Origin: a virus
Strand: one strand, 5' to 3'
Length of the DNA: 64,000 nucleotides
Virus record (IMG/VR): IMGVR_UViG_3300037485_001992
Span: 2,885-66,884 of that record
Shown piece after piece: positions 55,541-64,000 of this stretch; the stretch's first letter is position 1; each line of letters begins with the position of its first letter. The notes under the pieces were generated by a model. That model was not told the DNA's origin and did no database searches. It worked only from the letters and a program-made list of their open reading frames with translations. Made by a program: the position numbers and the translations under genes.

Positions 55541-58420
55541 TTACGCACACCTGTATGTTATTGTAAAGTAAATTGCAAAACTCGTATCGACTGAAAGTCC
55601 AGAGAGTGCGTTTGACCCTGTAGCAATGCTTGCTAAAGAAATCACACTCGCAGCAGATGCTACAAAGGCTACAGCAATTTGGTTTGCAGGGACGGTCAGA
55701 GAAGCTCCTTCCAGAATGCTATAAGTGTAGCTTCCCGCAGCAGTTGCAGCCGCAAAAGGAATCCCTCCGATTGTCATGTTTCCTGTTGGACTTCCAGACC
55801 AGCTTGACACGTTTATGTAACACGTAAGAAATACAAGGTTCCCGACCCTGGTGAAATACCCGTTTTGCGCCGCATAACTCGGCGTCCCTGCCGTTCCGCT
55901 CGCAATGATAGTTGGCGTCCATGTGCCTTCTTGATAGTGAGCCAATGCCGTCGGAGTATAGTTACCAGCCGCAGTCCCGAGTTTTACACTTGCTGGAATT
56001 GACCAAACCCCAACATCACTAATCGTTCCAACTTTTGCTATTGGACTGCCATTTGTTCGTGTCCAGAATTCAAGACCGAAGGAGTAGTTATTACTCGTTG
56101 CATTGGTTTTCCCTGCGCGGATGCAGCACATAGATGCGTTTCCATTGCCACCGTCCACATACTGGGACTCAAATACAAGCCCCGGTCCTTGGCCGATAAA
56201 TGTTGTTCCGGCCCACGTATCTTTGAGCGACAACGTGTAGTAGCAACCTGTTCCAGCGTCCGAAGGTGTTGCTTGAATCGCATGTCGAATGGCCGAAGGT
56301 GTGGCTTGACCGACTGTCGTGCAGTCAGGCCCGAGAATGCAGCCATTCGTTCCATTGTAGTAACGGAGTGCACTGACACTTACCGGAAACGTCGCCGCGC
56401 CTTGAGCTGTCCAAGACATCGCGTCGGCGCTAGTGCCATCCTTCAGATTCACACCGATAGCTCCGACCGTAGCAGTGTCAACGGTGCGGGGTATCATTTT
56501 CAAATAGGTGCCACTAAGAGAAGTCGTCCGCGCCGTAAGCGGACCTTGATAGCCAGATGCAGCATAATTTACGCCGATAATCATAGACCTATCAAGGTCT
56601 GCGGTGCCTGCTCCCTGTGACGAGATATTGCCATAGAAACCGTGTGTCCGGTTTGCATAGGTGCCTGCAGTGTCACCAATGCTAATCGCCCCTGTGGTCG
56701 AGATATTTATTCCAAGCGTGTAACCAGCACCAAGCTGCAGAGGATATGCACCGTCTGTCGCGATGATTCCACATTCAGTTGTCACGCCGCCAGTCAGACC
56801 AGAACCAGCCCCGATTCCGCCAGACGAGGAGTAGATAAGTCGCAGGTTCCGGTTGGAGTCGTTGCGGAGGATGATTTGTGCGTTGGCTCCAGCCGTCGCA
56901 TCTGTGTTCTTCGCTATCATCCCAGCTTGGCCTGCAGCGTTTGCATACGAAACCGTCATGAGTCCGGCAAAAGTCGCTGCGCCTGCATCCGTTATCGTCG
57001 CCGTCCCAGCAGCACCGAACGTCATCGTGTTCGAAGCGTAGGTGATGCGGCCTGCGGCTGCTGTGCCGGGGCCGATTGCTACACCCAATGCCATCGTAGC
57101 GAGTGCCAAGAACTCCTTCGCACCAGAGAACTGCTGCGTTGCGGTTGAGACGAGCCCAGCGACACCGTTGGCAGCAAACAGTTGGAGCTTGTCAAGCGCA
57201 GCAAACACGTTGGCTTCTGTCGTCAGAATTCCGCCTGCTGCCCACGTCACACCAGTGAGGCTGACTGCTGTGCCAGGATGCGAGTCTGTCGCGCTTCTAT
57301 TGCTCAGTGACTGGTGGTCTGTCGGGCTGAATCCTCCTTGACCAATCAGAGAACGTTGCGAGCCAAGGAATTTGACAGGCTCTGCAGCGAGAAAGCATCG
57401 ACCAGCCACGCCTGCAGGAGTCTCAGCAGGGACGACACTGTTCTTCTGGAAAGTCCACAACGCGTTGCTCACAAACTCAGGAATCACGCCAACAAGGTTG
57501 CCGAAATCATACTGATTCGGGAGTTCTGCCTGTGCTGCTGCGAGTGTCGTGAACGTCCTTTGTCCAACGATACGGACCACGCGGAACTTTTGAGAGTCTG
57601 CATCAGCCGTGACTGGCAAGGACAAGTTGAGCACATTGACGTAGGAGTCTTCTGGCACATCTGCAAGGGACCACGTTCCTGCTGTGTTAAGGTTGTACTG
57701 GATGAACGTGGACGCGCCAATCTTGAACATTGACGTGTCAGTCGTTGACCACACCCATGCGCCACCAACGCCATTGCGATAGGCTACGGTGTAGGTTCCT
57801 TGTGGCCATGCAGGAATGACTGTAGGAATGTCCTCGTCATAAATCGTGTGAGCATCGAGCCCCGGCGTGTTGGCTGCGTTGGTCGCAGTCGCTGCCGTGA
57901 GCACCGCGTATGTGCCAGCAGTCGGCACAACTGCAGAGCGCAACAGTGTTCCAAGACCATAATGGTCTTCGTTGTGGGACTGCCAGGGCATCGTGCCGTG
58001 GCACTCTCGGAGAGAGAACTGCGCCGTTGCATCCTTGTACGTGAACGCAATCATCACGTAGTCACGGAAGTCCCATGGAGTGGTGTCATACGTTACAGCC
58101 AAGGTGTCAGCATGAATCTTGAGATAGTACGAGCCATTCACGTTGGCGTGAGCGAGCGGAATTGCACCACCAAGCACCGTCGGTACAATCCATGGAGAAG
58201 CGTAGGAATACTCCACACCACGTGCCCAGAACTTCACGAATCCGCTTGCGTGAGAAAGCGTGATTGTCCTGTCAGCAAGAGTATATGTTACGGTCAAATT
58301 CTCAGGATCGTCAAACCCTGTCGGCTCTTTCGTCGCCGTGATGACGGTCTCTGCTGTGGTCGAAATCCGTTGCAGACCATCAGTCAGGAGCGGATTAAAT
58401 ATCAGTTTTGATGTGCTCAT
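55541..58420 (-). CDS. Tail fibre / receptor-binding protein
   Basis: Gly/Ala/Thr-rich mosaic; DHQSLSNR...HP, AGLVSTATQQFSGAK, YQEGTWTP..GYFTRVGNLV..IGGIPF modules. Confidence 0.8.
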   Translation of the reverse strand: MSTSKLIFNPLLTDGLQRISTTAETVITATKEPTGFDDPENLTVTYTLADRTITLSHASGFVKFWARGVEYSYASPWIVPTVLGGAIPLAHANVNGSYYLKIHADTLAVTYDTTPWDFRDYVMIAFTYKDATAQFSLRECHGTMPWQSHNEDHYGLGTLLRSAVVPTAGTYAVLTAATATNAANTPGLDAHTIYDEDIPTVIPAWPQGTYTVAYRNGVGGAWVWSTTDTSMFKIGASTFIQYNLNTAGTWSLADVPEDSYVNVLNLSLPVTADADSQKFRVVRIVGQRTFTTLAAAQAELPNQYDFGNLVGVIPEFVSNALWTFQKNSVVPAETPAGVAGRCFLAAEPVKFLGSQRSLIGQGGFSPTDHQSLSNRSATDSHPGTAVSLTGVTWAAGGILTTEANVFAALDKLQLFAANGVAGLVSTATQQFSGAKEFLALATMALGVAIGPGTAAAGRITYASNTMTFGAAGTATITDAGAATFAGLMTVSYANAAGQAGMIAKNTDATAGANAQIILRNDSNRNLRLIYSSSGGIGAGSGLTGGVTTECGIIATDGAYPLQLGAGYTLGINISTTGAISIGDTAGTYANRTHGFYGNISSQGAGTADLDRSMIIGVNYAASGYQGPLTARTTSLSGTYLKMIPRTVDTATVGAIGVNLKDGTSADAMSWTAQGAATFPVSVSALRYYNGTNGCILGPDCTTVGQATPSAIRHAIQATPSDAGTGCYYTLSLKDTWAGTTFIGQGPGLVFESQYVDGGNGNASMCCIRAGKTNATSNNYSFGLEFWTRTNGSPIAKVGTISDVGVWSIPASVKLGTAAGNYTPTALAHYQEGTWTPTIIASGTAGTPSYAAQNGYFTRVGNLVFLTCYINVSSWSGSPTGNMTIGGIPFAAATAAGSYTYSILEGASLTVPANQIAVAFVASAASVISLASIATGSNALSGLSVDTSFAIYFTITYRCA

Positions 58421-58429
58421 AGTCCCTCC

Positions 58430-59386
58430 TTAGACTGAAGCCGTGGACGTTACAGTCAGCTTATCAACCGCAGAGTACGTTACAGTGACAGTCTTGACAA
58501 CAGCACCTCCTGCCCCACCTAACTTATATGTGTGTACATCTGTTAGAGCCCCAGACGTATCTGTGCCGATATAGTCATAGGCACCTGGGACCAGACTTCC
58601 GCCGAGTCTTGCTTCGACACTCGTCTTGAGTGCATCCAGCGTGACCTGCGTAGCGAAGTCCTTCGCGTTGAGTGTTGCGAGAGCACCCTCAACCCCATCC
58701 ACATGCCCATCAATTGTCGTGAGTTGTCCTTGGATGACGGCCAGGTCTGCCGCATTCTGCACGAAACCCGCTGCAGCAGCTGTGTCGTAGACTCGAGGAG
58801 TCTGGGCGCCAGCAGCACCGACACCAAAGTCCATCACACCCGTATCATTCACGAGGCGCACAGGGAGAGGCCGCGTGTTGGCAGGCGTCGTGGTGTCATA
58901 CGCGACTTCCGTATCAACAAACACGCCACCAGGACCATACTGCATGACGAGATTTGCATCGACAGACGTTCCACCAAGGAATGAGGAACCAGCAAACGAA
59001 ATGAGCGTGCCAGGCAGGAAGCGATTCTTGCGCGCTTTGGTGACTGTGACCGATTGTCCAGCAGGAGCGGTGAGGGTGACGCGGATGATGGGTGCAACAA
59101 GCCCTGTCGAGAGAGAAACACTCGTGAGGAATGTTCCGGCAGCTGTGACCACGGCTCCGTTGAGATTCGTGAGTGCGATCCACGTCGCTCCATCATCAAA
59201 AGAGTGCTCAATTGCGACTGTCGCGGGGTTTCCCACGTTGACGCCAGCAGACACAGCACTCGCTACAATTGCAATCGTGAGGGCTGAGATTTCCGAAGCG
59301 TCAACCGCTTCTTCCCACACGAGTGGGACAGTGTCTGTCGCTATTCCCACCTTCCCACGCATATCTATCATCGTGTATGACGACAT
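58430..59386 (-). CDS. Putative structural protein
   Basis: Beta-rich Ala/Thr/Val ORF; DFATQVTL, YKLGGAGG. Confidence 0.65.
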   Translation of the reverse strand: MSSYTMIDMRGKVGIATDTVPLVWEEAVDASEISALTIAIVASAVSAGVNVGNPATVAIEHSFDDGATWIALTNLNGAVVTAAGTFLTSVSLSTGLVAPIIRVTLTAPAGQSVTVTKARKNRFLPGTLISFAGSSFLGGTSVDANLVMQYGPGGVFVDTEVAYDTTTPANTRPLPVRLVNDTGVMDFGVGAAGAQTPRVYDTAAAAGFVQNAADLAVIQGQLTTIDGHVDGVEGALATLNAKDFATQVTLDALKTSVEARLGGSLVPGAYDYIGTDTSGALTDVHTYKLGGAGGAVVKTVTVTYSAVDKLTVTSTASV

Positions 59387-59395
59387 AAACCCTCC

Positions 59396-59830
59396 TTAGT
59401 TTCCAAGTCGTTTGGTGATGCGAACATCCGTGAGACGAAGCGCAGCATTGCGAAACTGTATCCCCACGATGGGTGGGAGCGGGTCTGGGAACGTCACTCC
59501 ACCAAGCACCATCCCTGGTGTAATGGTGATAATGTTCGTCTTCTGCACGGAAAAGTCAAACACGATGTCTCCCAAGTACCTACTCGCTACCGCACCGGAG
59601 TTTACATCGTAAAAGGTGTTTCCCGCAATCTCTGTGTTCGGTTGCAAGTTTGTCGTATCGAATCCGGCCATGACCTGGCCATCAACGAGTGCTGCCAACA
59701 CATCTTGGCTCCGCAAAAGAATCGAGAAACCAAAGACAGAATCCTCGTGAGACAGGTGATGCTCAACATAGAGGTAGTCGTTTACCCCTGCCATCTTTGA
59801 ACACCTGACGTCTGCAATTTCGAATTTCAT
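59396..59830 (-). CDS. Hypothetical, probably structural protein
   Basis: GGAGG SD; in operon. Confidence 0.6.
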   Translation of the reverse strand: MKFEIADVRCSKMAGVNDYLYVEHHLSHEDSVFGFSILLRSQDVLAALVDGQVMAGFDTTNLQPNTEIAGNTFYDVNSGAVASRYLGDIVFDFSVQKTNIITITPGMVLGGVTFPDPLPPIVGIQFRNAALRLTDVRITKRLGN

Positions 59831-59842
59831 GTTTCCTCCAAA

Positions 59843-60394
59843 CTAGATGTCATCTTCAGCAGGAATCGCATCGACGAATCCACCGTCCGTCGCTGCTTCA
59901 AGTCTTGCGACTTCCCCTGAGAGCATCTTACCATCTTTGCCCCGTAACCCGCGAGGGACACTTCCTGGTGGGAGCGTTCCACCCGCATTCGCATTCAAGT
60001 TATTTACGGTGACTGCTGGTCCATGGCTTTTGGCGAGAAGGAACTCTGCCGCTTTCATCTTTGCGCGGAAGATTTCAGAATTGAGAGATTTGTCTTCGTT
60101 TTTCGTCTTCATCTCCAGCACTTCAACAAGGAACTCATACGCTAAGTCCTTTGCGTGATACACTTTCTCGTCACACTCAAGGGGAGTCAGAAGCCAAGGC
60201 CAAAACTCTTTCTGACCTTTTATCCACTCACGCAGGAGAATGATGGGAGTGGGAGAAACGTAGCGTTTCAACTCTTCGTCATCCGGCTTCAGAGTCCGAA
60301 CCGTTCTTTCATCCACAGATTTGTGGAGCAAAGCTTTGGCCCGTCGCTGAGCGGGAGTTGGTTTCCAAGGTTTCACTTCTTTCAAGACACTCAT
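59843..60394 (-). CDS. Probable terminase small subunit
   Basis: First gene of the late operon beside the repeat-rich gap; start MSVLK with AAGGAG SD; AKMKAAEFLL helix. Mostly a positional call. Confidence 0.45.
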   Translation of the reverse strand: MSVLKEVKPWKPTPAQRRAKALLHKSVDERTVRTLKPDDEELKRYVSPTPIILLREWIKGQKEFWPWLLTPLECDEKVYHAKDLAYEFLVEVLEMKTKNEDKSLNSEIFRAKMKAAEFLLAKSHGPAVTVNNLNANAGGTLPPGSVPRGLRGKDGKMLSGEVARLEAATDGGFVDAIPAEDDI

Positions 60395-60733
60395 CCGTTC
60401 TCCTTCAAAGCTTCCCTCAGCATACCTTGACAGTTTGCTTCCGACAATGTAGCTCGTTCCTCTCTGCCACTCTTTCGTCCCTGTGAAAATCCATGGTGGA
60501 TTGTCTTCGCTCTGAAGAGAGACGAAGGAATGGTGGACCTCTCTATATACTGACATGACAACTGGGGAACGCTCTCCCAAATTTCCGTACGAGACTGGCC
60601 ACTTGGCCAAAATAACCGATACTTTCAAAATTGGCGGGAGCGACGCACCACTCTTCGAGTCCTCGGTCCAACCCCGTCAGGGGTGACTCATGACTGGGAG
60701 GGAAAAGTCGTGACTTCGTGCCCTCGATACCTA

Positions 60734-60813
60734 CGTTACATTGTTTCCTAGAGTCATGCGTTACATTGTTTCCTAGAGTCATGCGTTACATTGTTTCATA
60801 GAGTCCTACGTTA
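60734..60813. repeat. 25-bp tandem repeat x3.2
   Basis: cgttacattgtttcctagagtcatg twice plus a variant third copy. Confidence 0.95.
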
Positions 60814-61288
60814 ATTTTGAAAAAATGAATAGCGGAAGATGGACACCGTATGTTACGTTTTTAATTTTAAAAATCGTTTCCTCGTTGGAAGGACACCCAC
60901 CACCCCCGCCACCGTTCCCCACTTCCCCATACCACGTAGCATCGTCCTGTCCACCACGCGCGAGACAGGGCTTCTCAAAGATACGTCTAGTCCTGTCCAT
61001 AATGGGTGAGGCAGGACACATCCATCACGTCACACGAAACAGGTCTAGCCAGGAAACTTCTTATCGTGCAGGGGGTATTACGCGCGAGATGTACCACGAA
61101 ACATGCCCTGCGCGTCACTCATGATAATCGTAGTTATCATGCGTGAGATGTTGCATGGCTAGCCAGACGAAACGTTTCCTCTGGTTGGATACGCGTGACG
61201 TGTGAAACGTGCGTGATGTAGCGTATCGTGGTACGAGTCGCGCGCCCGTATGCGTGAGATGTGGGTTAGCGTCCCCTCGTCTAACTGA

Positions 61289-61341
61289 GACAAGATACGT
61301 ATGACACACCGTGACAAGATACGTATGACACACCGTGACAA
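61289..61341. repeat. 24-bp tandem repeat x2.2
   Basis: gacaagatacgtatgacacaccgt twice plus gacaa. Confidence 0.95.
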
Positions 61342-61616
61342 AGTTACAAAACGTGTGCCTCACGCCGAACCACCCCACGCCGACACATATTCCGCGCGAC
61401 GTGTTTACACAATTAACACTGTCGAGTTTCTTGACACCCGCATTCTCCAACGATTCCAACACGAAACGTCCTAAACCCGCAAAACGCTATCCAAACTCTG
61501 AACAGTATACGTTTTTCACTTCTCCCGCAATTATCACATGTTGCGTTTGGCACACAAAATGCAAACAGGAAAATGTTGTTCGCATTTCTCTCTTTCTTTC
61601 GCAAGGAGTTTCACTC

Positions 61617-61721
61617 ATGCCCATGTTCAGCCTTGAGGTTTTCAACGCAATCGTCATCACATCTTGCTTCATCATGCTTGGTCTTACTGTCCTTGCTTGC
61701 TTCGTCCTTCGCTCACGCTAA
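61617..61721 (+). CDS. 34-aa membrane microprotein, first early gene
   Basis: AAGGAG SD; MPMFSLEVFNAIVITSCFIMLGLTVLACFVLRSR. Confidence 0.55.
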   Translation: MPMFSLEVFNAIVITSCFIMLGLTVLACFVLRSR

Positions 61722-61744
61722 GCCCTACACCAAGGAGTTATCCA

Positions 61745-61990
61745 ATGTCTTACTATCGTCGCTCTTACCATCCCCGTCTCCCGTCCAACCCTTACTGGAC
61801 TACGTGCAAGTATCCTGCTACTTGCTCGTGTGGCCAAGCGATCCAGGCAGGAGAGGAGATGTTCTACCAAGCTTCATCCAAGACCTGTTGTTGCAAGACG
61901 TGTGGTGTCCGTTGGCAAGGACAGATCCAGGACGAGAACCAGATGTGCGGAGAGACAAGCTCTTCCTGCTATGCCGAAGGGAGTTACTGA
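61745..61990 (+). CDS. Small Zn-binding early protein
   Basis: AAGGAG SD; KYPATCSCGQAIQAGE...CKTCG. Confidence 0.7.
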   Translation: MSYYRRSYHPRLPSNPYWTTCKYPATCSCGQAIQAGEEMFYQASSKTCCCKTCGVRWQGQIQDENQMCGETSSSCYAEGSY

Positions 61991-61992
61991 TC

Positions 61993-62202
61993 ATGAAGAC
62001 TTCTCTCCTCGTGCTCGACCCCGATGGCGCAATCATCGCAAGAGTTTCCTCCATGCAAGCAGCTGTTCACGCAATGGACAAGGAGATCGAAGAGTATGGT
62101 AGGGCTGAGTACGAAGACTTCTCTATCGTCACTCCCAAGCAATGCCAAGAGATCCTGAGCATGGGGCCTATCTGCCCATACGAAGAGGACTACGGATCAT
62201 GA
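61993..62202 (+). CDS. Hypothetical early protein
   Basis: AAGGGAG SD; start MKTSLL. Confidence 0.6.
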   Translation: MKTSLLVLDPDGAIIARVSSMQAAVHAMDKEIEEYGRAEYEDFSIVTPKQCQEILSMGPICPYEEDYGS

Positions 62203-62269
62203 CACCCCCAGCCGCAGTATACGTTTCGATACGACGGCTCGCAGAGTCAACATGAACAGGAGTTTCCCA

Positions 62270-63259
62270 ATGAGTTTCACGATTGACTATTCCGCATACG
62301 ACAAAGTGATTATCGCATTCTCTGGCGGGAAAGACTCTCTTGCTTGCCTTCTTTCGATCCTCGACACTGGCTGTCCGAAAGAGAGGATCGAACTCTGGCA
62401 CCATTGCATCGACGGAAGGGAAGGCGGATCGTTCTTTGACTGAAACGTGACAGAAAGCTACTGCCGGGAAGTGGCTAAAGCTTTTGGCATTCCGATCTTC
62501 TTCTCCTGGCGGGAAGGCGGTTTCGTCCGTGAGATGACCAAGCACAAGACGAAGGAAACTTCACGCGTCTGGTTCGAAACCCCTACTGGCATCCAGTCCA
62601 ACACACCACGTGGATCGAAGGAAGAACGTACCAGAATGCTCTTTCCCCAGCTGTCTGCAAACCTCAATGTGAGATGGTGTAGTGCTTATCTCAAGATCGA
62701 TGTGGGTGCGTCCGCCATAGCTAACCAGGATCGATTCTCCCATGCTAACCTCTTGTTCGTCACCGGGGAACGCGCGGAAGAATCCGCTGGGCGTGCAAAG
62801 TATGCCGTTTCCGAACCACACAAAACTACCACCAAGCACCGATCCGTCACTCAATGGCGACCCGTTCATGCCTGGACTACGCAAGATGTGTGGACTGTCA
62901 TTGAACAACACAAGGTCAATGCCCATCCCTGTTATCACGCTGGCTGGGGCAGATGCTCTTGTGCTACCTGCATCTTTGGCAACAAAGATCAATGGGCTTC
63001 GCTCGGTGCCGTCTCCCCAGGCAAGCTTTACTTGGTATCGAAGTACGAAAGAGAATTCTCTGCGTACCATGGACGTCCCGTCACCCTACGTAGGGATGGG
63101 AAAGAGATCCTTGACTTCGCATCTACTGGGACAGCCTATCCTGCTATCAATCCCTTGCGCGCCAAGGCTCTGAATGATACTGACTACCACGATCCCATCT
63201 TCCTTGACGATTGGGAAATGCCAGCTGGCGCAACAGCTGATCTAACCGGACCCTGCTAA
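62270..63259 (+). pseudogene. PAPS-reductase-family protein interrupted by in-frame TGA at 62441-62443 (pseudogene, readthrough or sequencing error)
   Basis: AFSGGKDS, then in the same frame after the stop RWCSAYLK, TGERAEES..RA, WRPV, HPCY..GWGRCSCATCIF. Confidence 0.75.
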
Positions 63260-63295
63260 TTTGTTTATGTTCATTCCACGAAAGGAAACGTTACC

Positions 63296-63670
63296 ATGAA
63301 ACTGTACCAATCCATCGCACAAACCATCCAAGCCTTTCAAACTTGCGAGAAAACCTGTAACTGGGAGTGGATGGAAACGCACAAAGAAACTATCGCGAAG
63401 CTCTCACGCGAATTGCCAAGCGGATCTGGCATTGACAACGGGTGTGAGATAGACGTGTATTCCTCCAAACCTAACAGGCTTGTCATCACCTTCTCTTTCC
63501 ACCACATGGACGAAAACGGATACTATGACGGTTGGACAGAACACAAGGCGATCGTGAGACCAAGCCTATGCTTCGGTATTGACTTGCACATCACGGGACC
63601 ACACCGAAACCAAATCAAGGACTACCTACACGAAACCCTTGAATATGCTCTGACACAGGAAACAACGTAA
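63296..63670 (+). CDS. Hypothetical early phage protein
   Basis: AAAGGA SD; LPSGSGIDNG...FHHMDENGYYDGW. Confidence 0.75.
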   Translation: MKLYQSIAQTIQAFQTCEKTCNWEWMETHKETIAKLSRELPSGSGIDNGCEIDVYSSKPNRLVITFSFHHMDENGYYDGWTEHKAIVRPSLCFGIDLHITGPHRNQIKDYLHETLEYALTQETT

Positions 63671-63737
63671 CTTGGCTAGTCCAGTCGAGCCATCACAACC
63701 TATGGATCTACTCGAATAGCCACGAAGGAATGAAAAC

Positions 63738-63992
63738 ATGTACACGATCGAAGACCTTGACAAGACTGAATACGTCACACTCATTTGGCTTAATTGCCAT
63801 GGTTATGACGCAGGCATACTAGACTTCTTCTCAGAGAATGATGATGGTACGGCAAGCTGTCGCCCTATCGAAGAGCACGAAGCTTGGACTATCAAGGAAG
63901 CCATCGAAGACGATCCCGATGCTTTCCTTGCTTGCAACGGATCTCGGTCTTTATCATCCAAACTATTCACGTTCCTTGATAGCATCGTCTAA
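63738..63992 (+). CDS. Hypothetical acidic early protein
   Basis: AAGGA SD; complete ORF. Confidence 0.65.
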   Translation: MYTIEDLDKTEYVTLIWLNCHGYDAGILDFFSENDDGTASCRPIEEHEAWTIKEAIEDDPDAFLACNGSRSLSSKLFTFLDSIV

Positions 63993-64000
63993 TGTTTATG

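Noticed and set aside
60395-60628. 78-aa N-terminal extension of the TerS candidate in the ORF track
   Set aside because: A strong SD supports the start at 60394; the extension runs into the non-coding region.
60630-60720. tRNA-like element ending in CCCGCCA on minus
   Set aside because: Only short hairpins; no cloverleaf or T-loop consensus.
60734-61341. Possible CRISPR mini-array (a Cas4-like gene is present)
   Set aside because: The repeats are head-to-tail with no unique spacers and no other cas genes were seen; solo Cas4-like nucleases are common in phages.
62441-62443. Genome-wide TGA reassignment (code 4/25)
   Set aside because: Many genes end in TGA with ATGA/GTGA coupling, and long genes are intact under code 11.

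Overview
This window is most of a tailed dsDNA bacteriophage genome with podovirus-like (P22/T7-style short-tail) architecture; no host genes are evident. From 1 to 16.7 kb, mostly on the minus strand, is a regulation/replication module: XRE HTH, two HU/IHF-like genes, RuvC-like resolvase, SNF2 helicase, Cas4-like nuclease, SSB, Rrf2 regulator, many small ORFs, family-A DNA polymerase and D5-like SF3 helicase. From 16.7 to 17.7 kb is a ~1 kb gap that appears to hold a ~720-nt, highly structured + strand RNA. From 17.7 to 60.4 kb on the minus strand is the virion/lysis module: ejection proteins, tail, capsid, scaffold, portal, TerL, endolysin, Tad1-like protein, tail fibre and probable TerS, interrupted by a few + strand genes including a homing endonuclease. 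From 60.4 to 61.6 kb is a repeat-rich non-coding strand-switch region, followed by + strand early genes. Main observations: (1) the large orphan ncRNA candidate; (2) a C-terminal acidic-F[VI]L tail shared by four replication-module proteins; (3) an apparently catalytically dead endolysin paralog; (4) structured RNA leaders on the capsid and SSB genes; (5) a head-to-head HU/IHF pair sharing a palindromic ribosome-binding site; (6) an in-frame TGA in a PAPS-reductase-family gene. All family calls come from motif recognition by eye and all RNA structures from manual pairing; no searches or folding programs were run.
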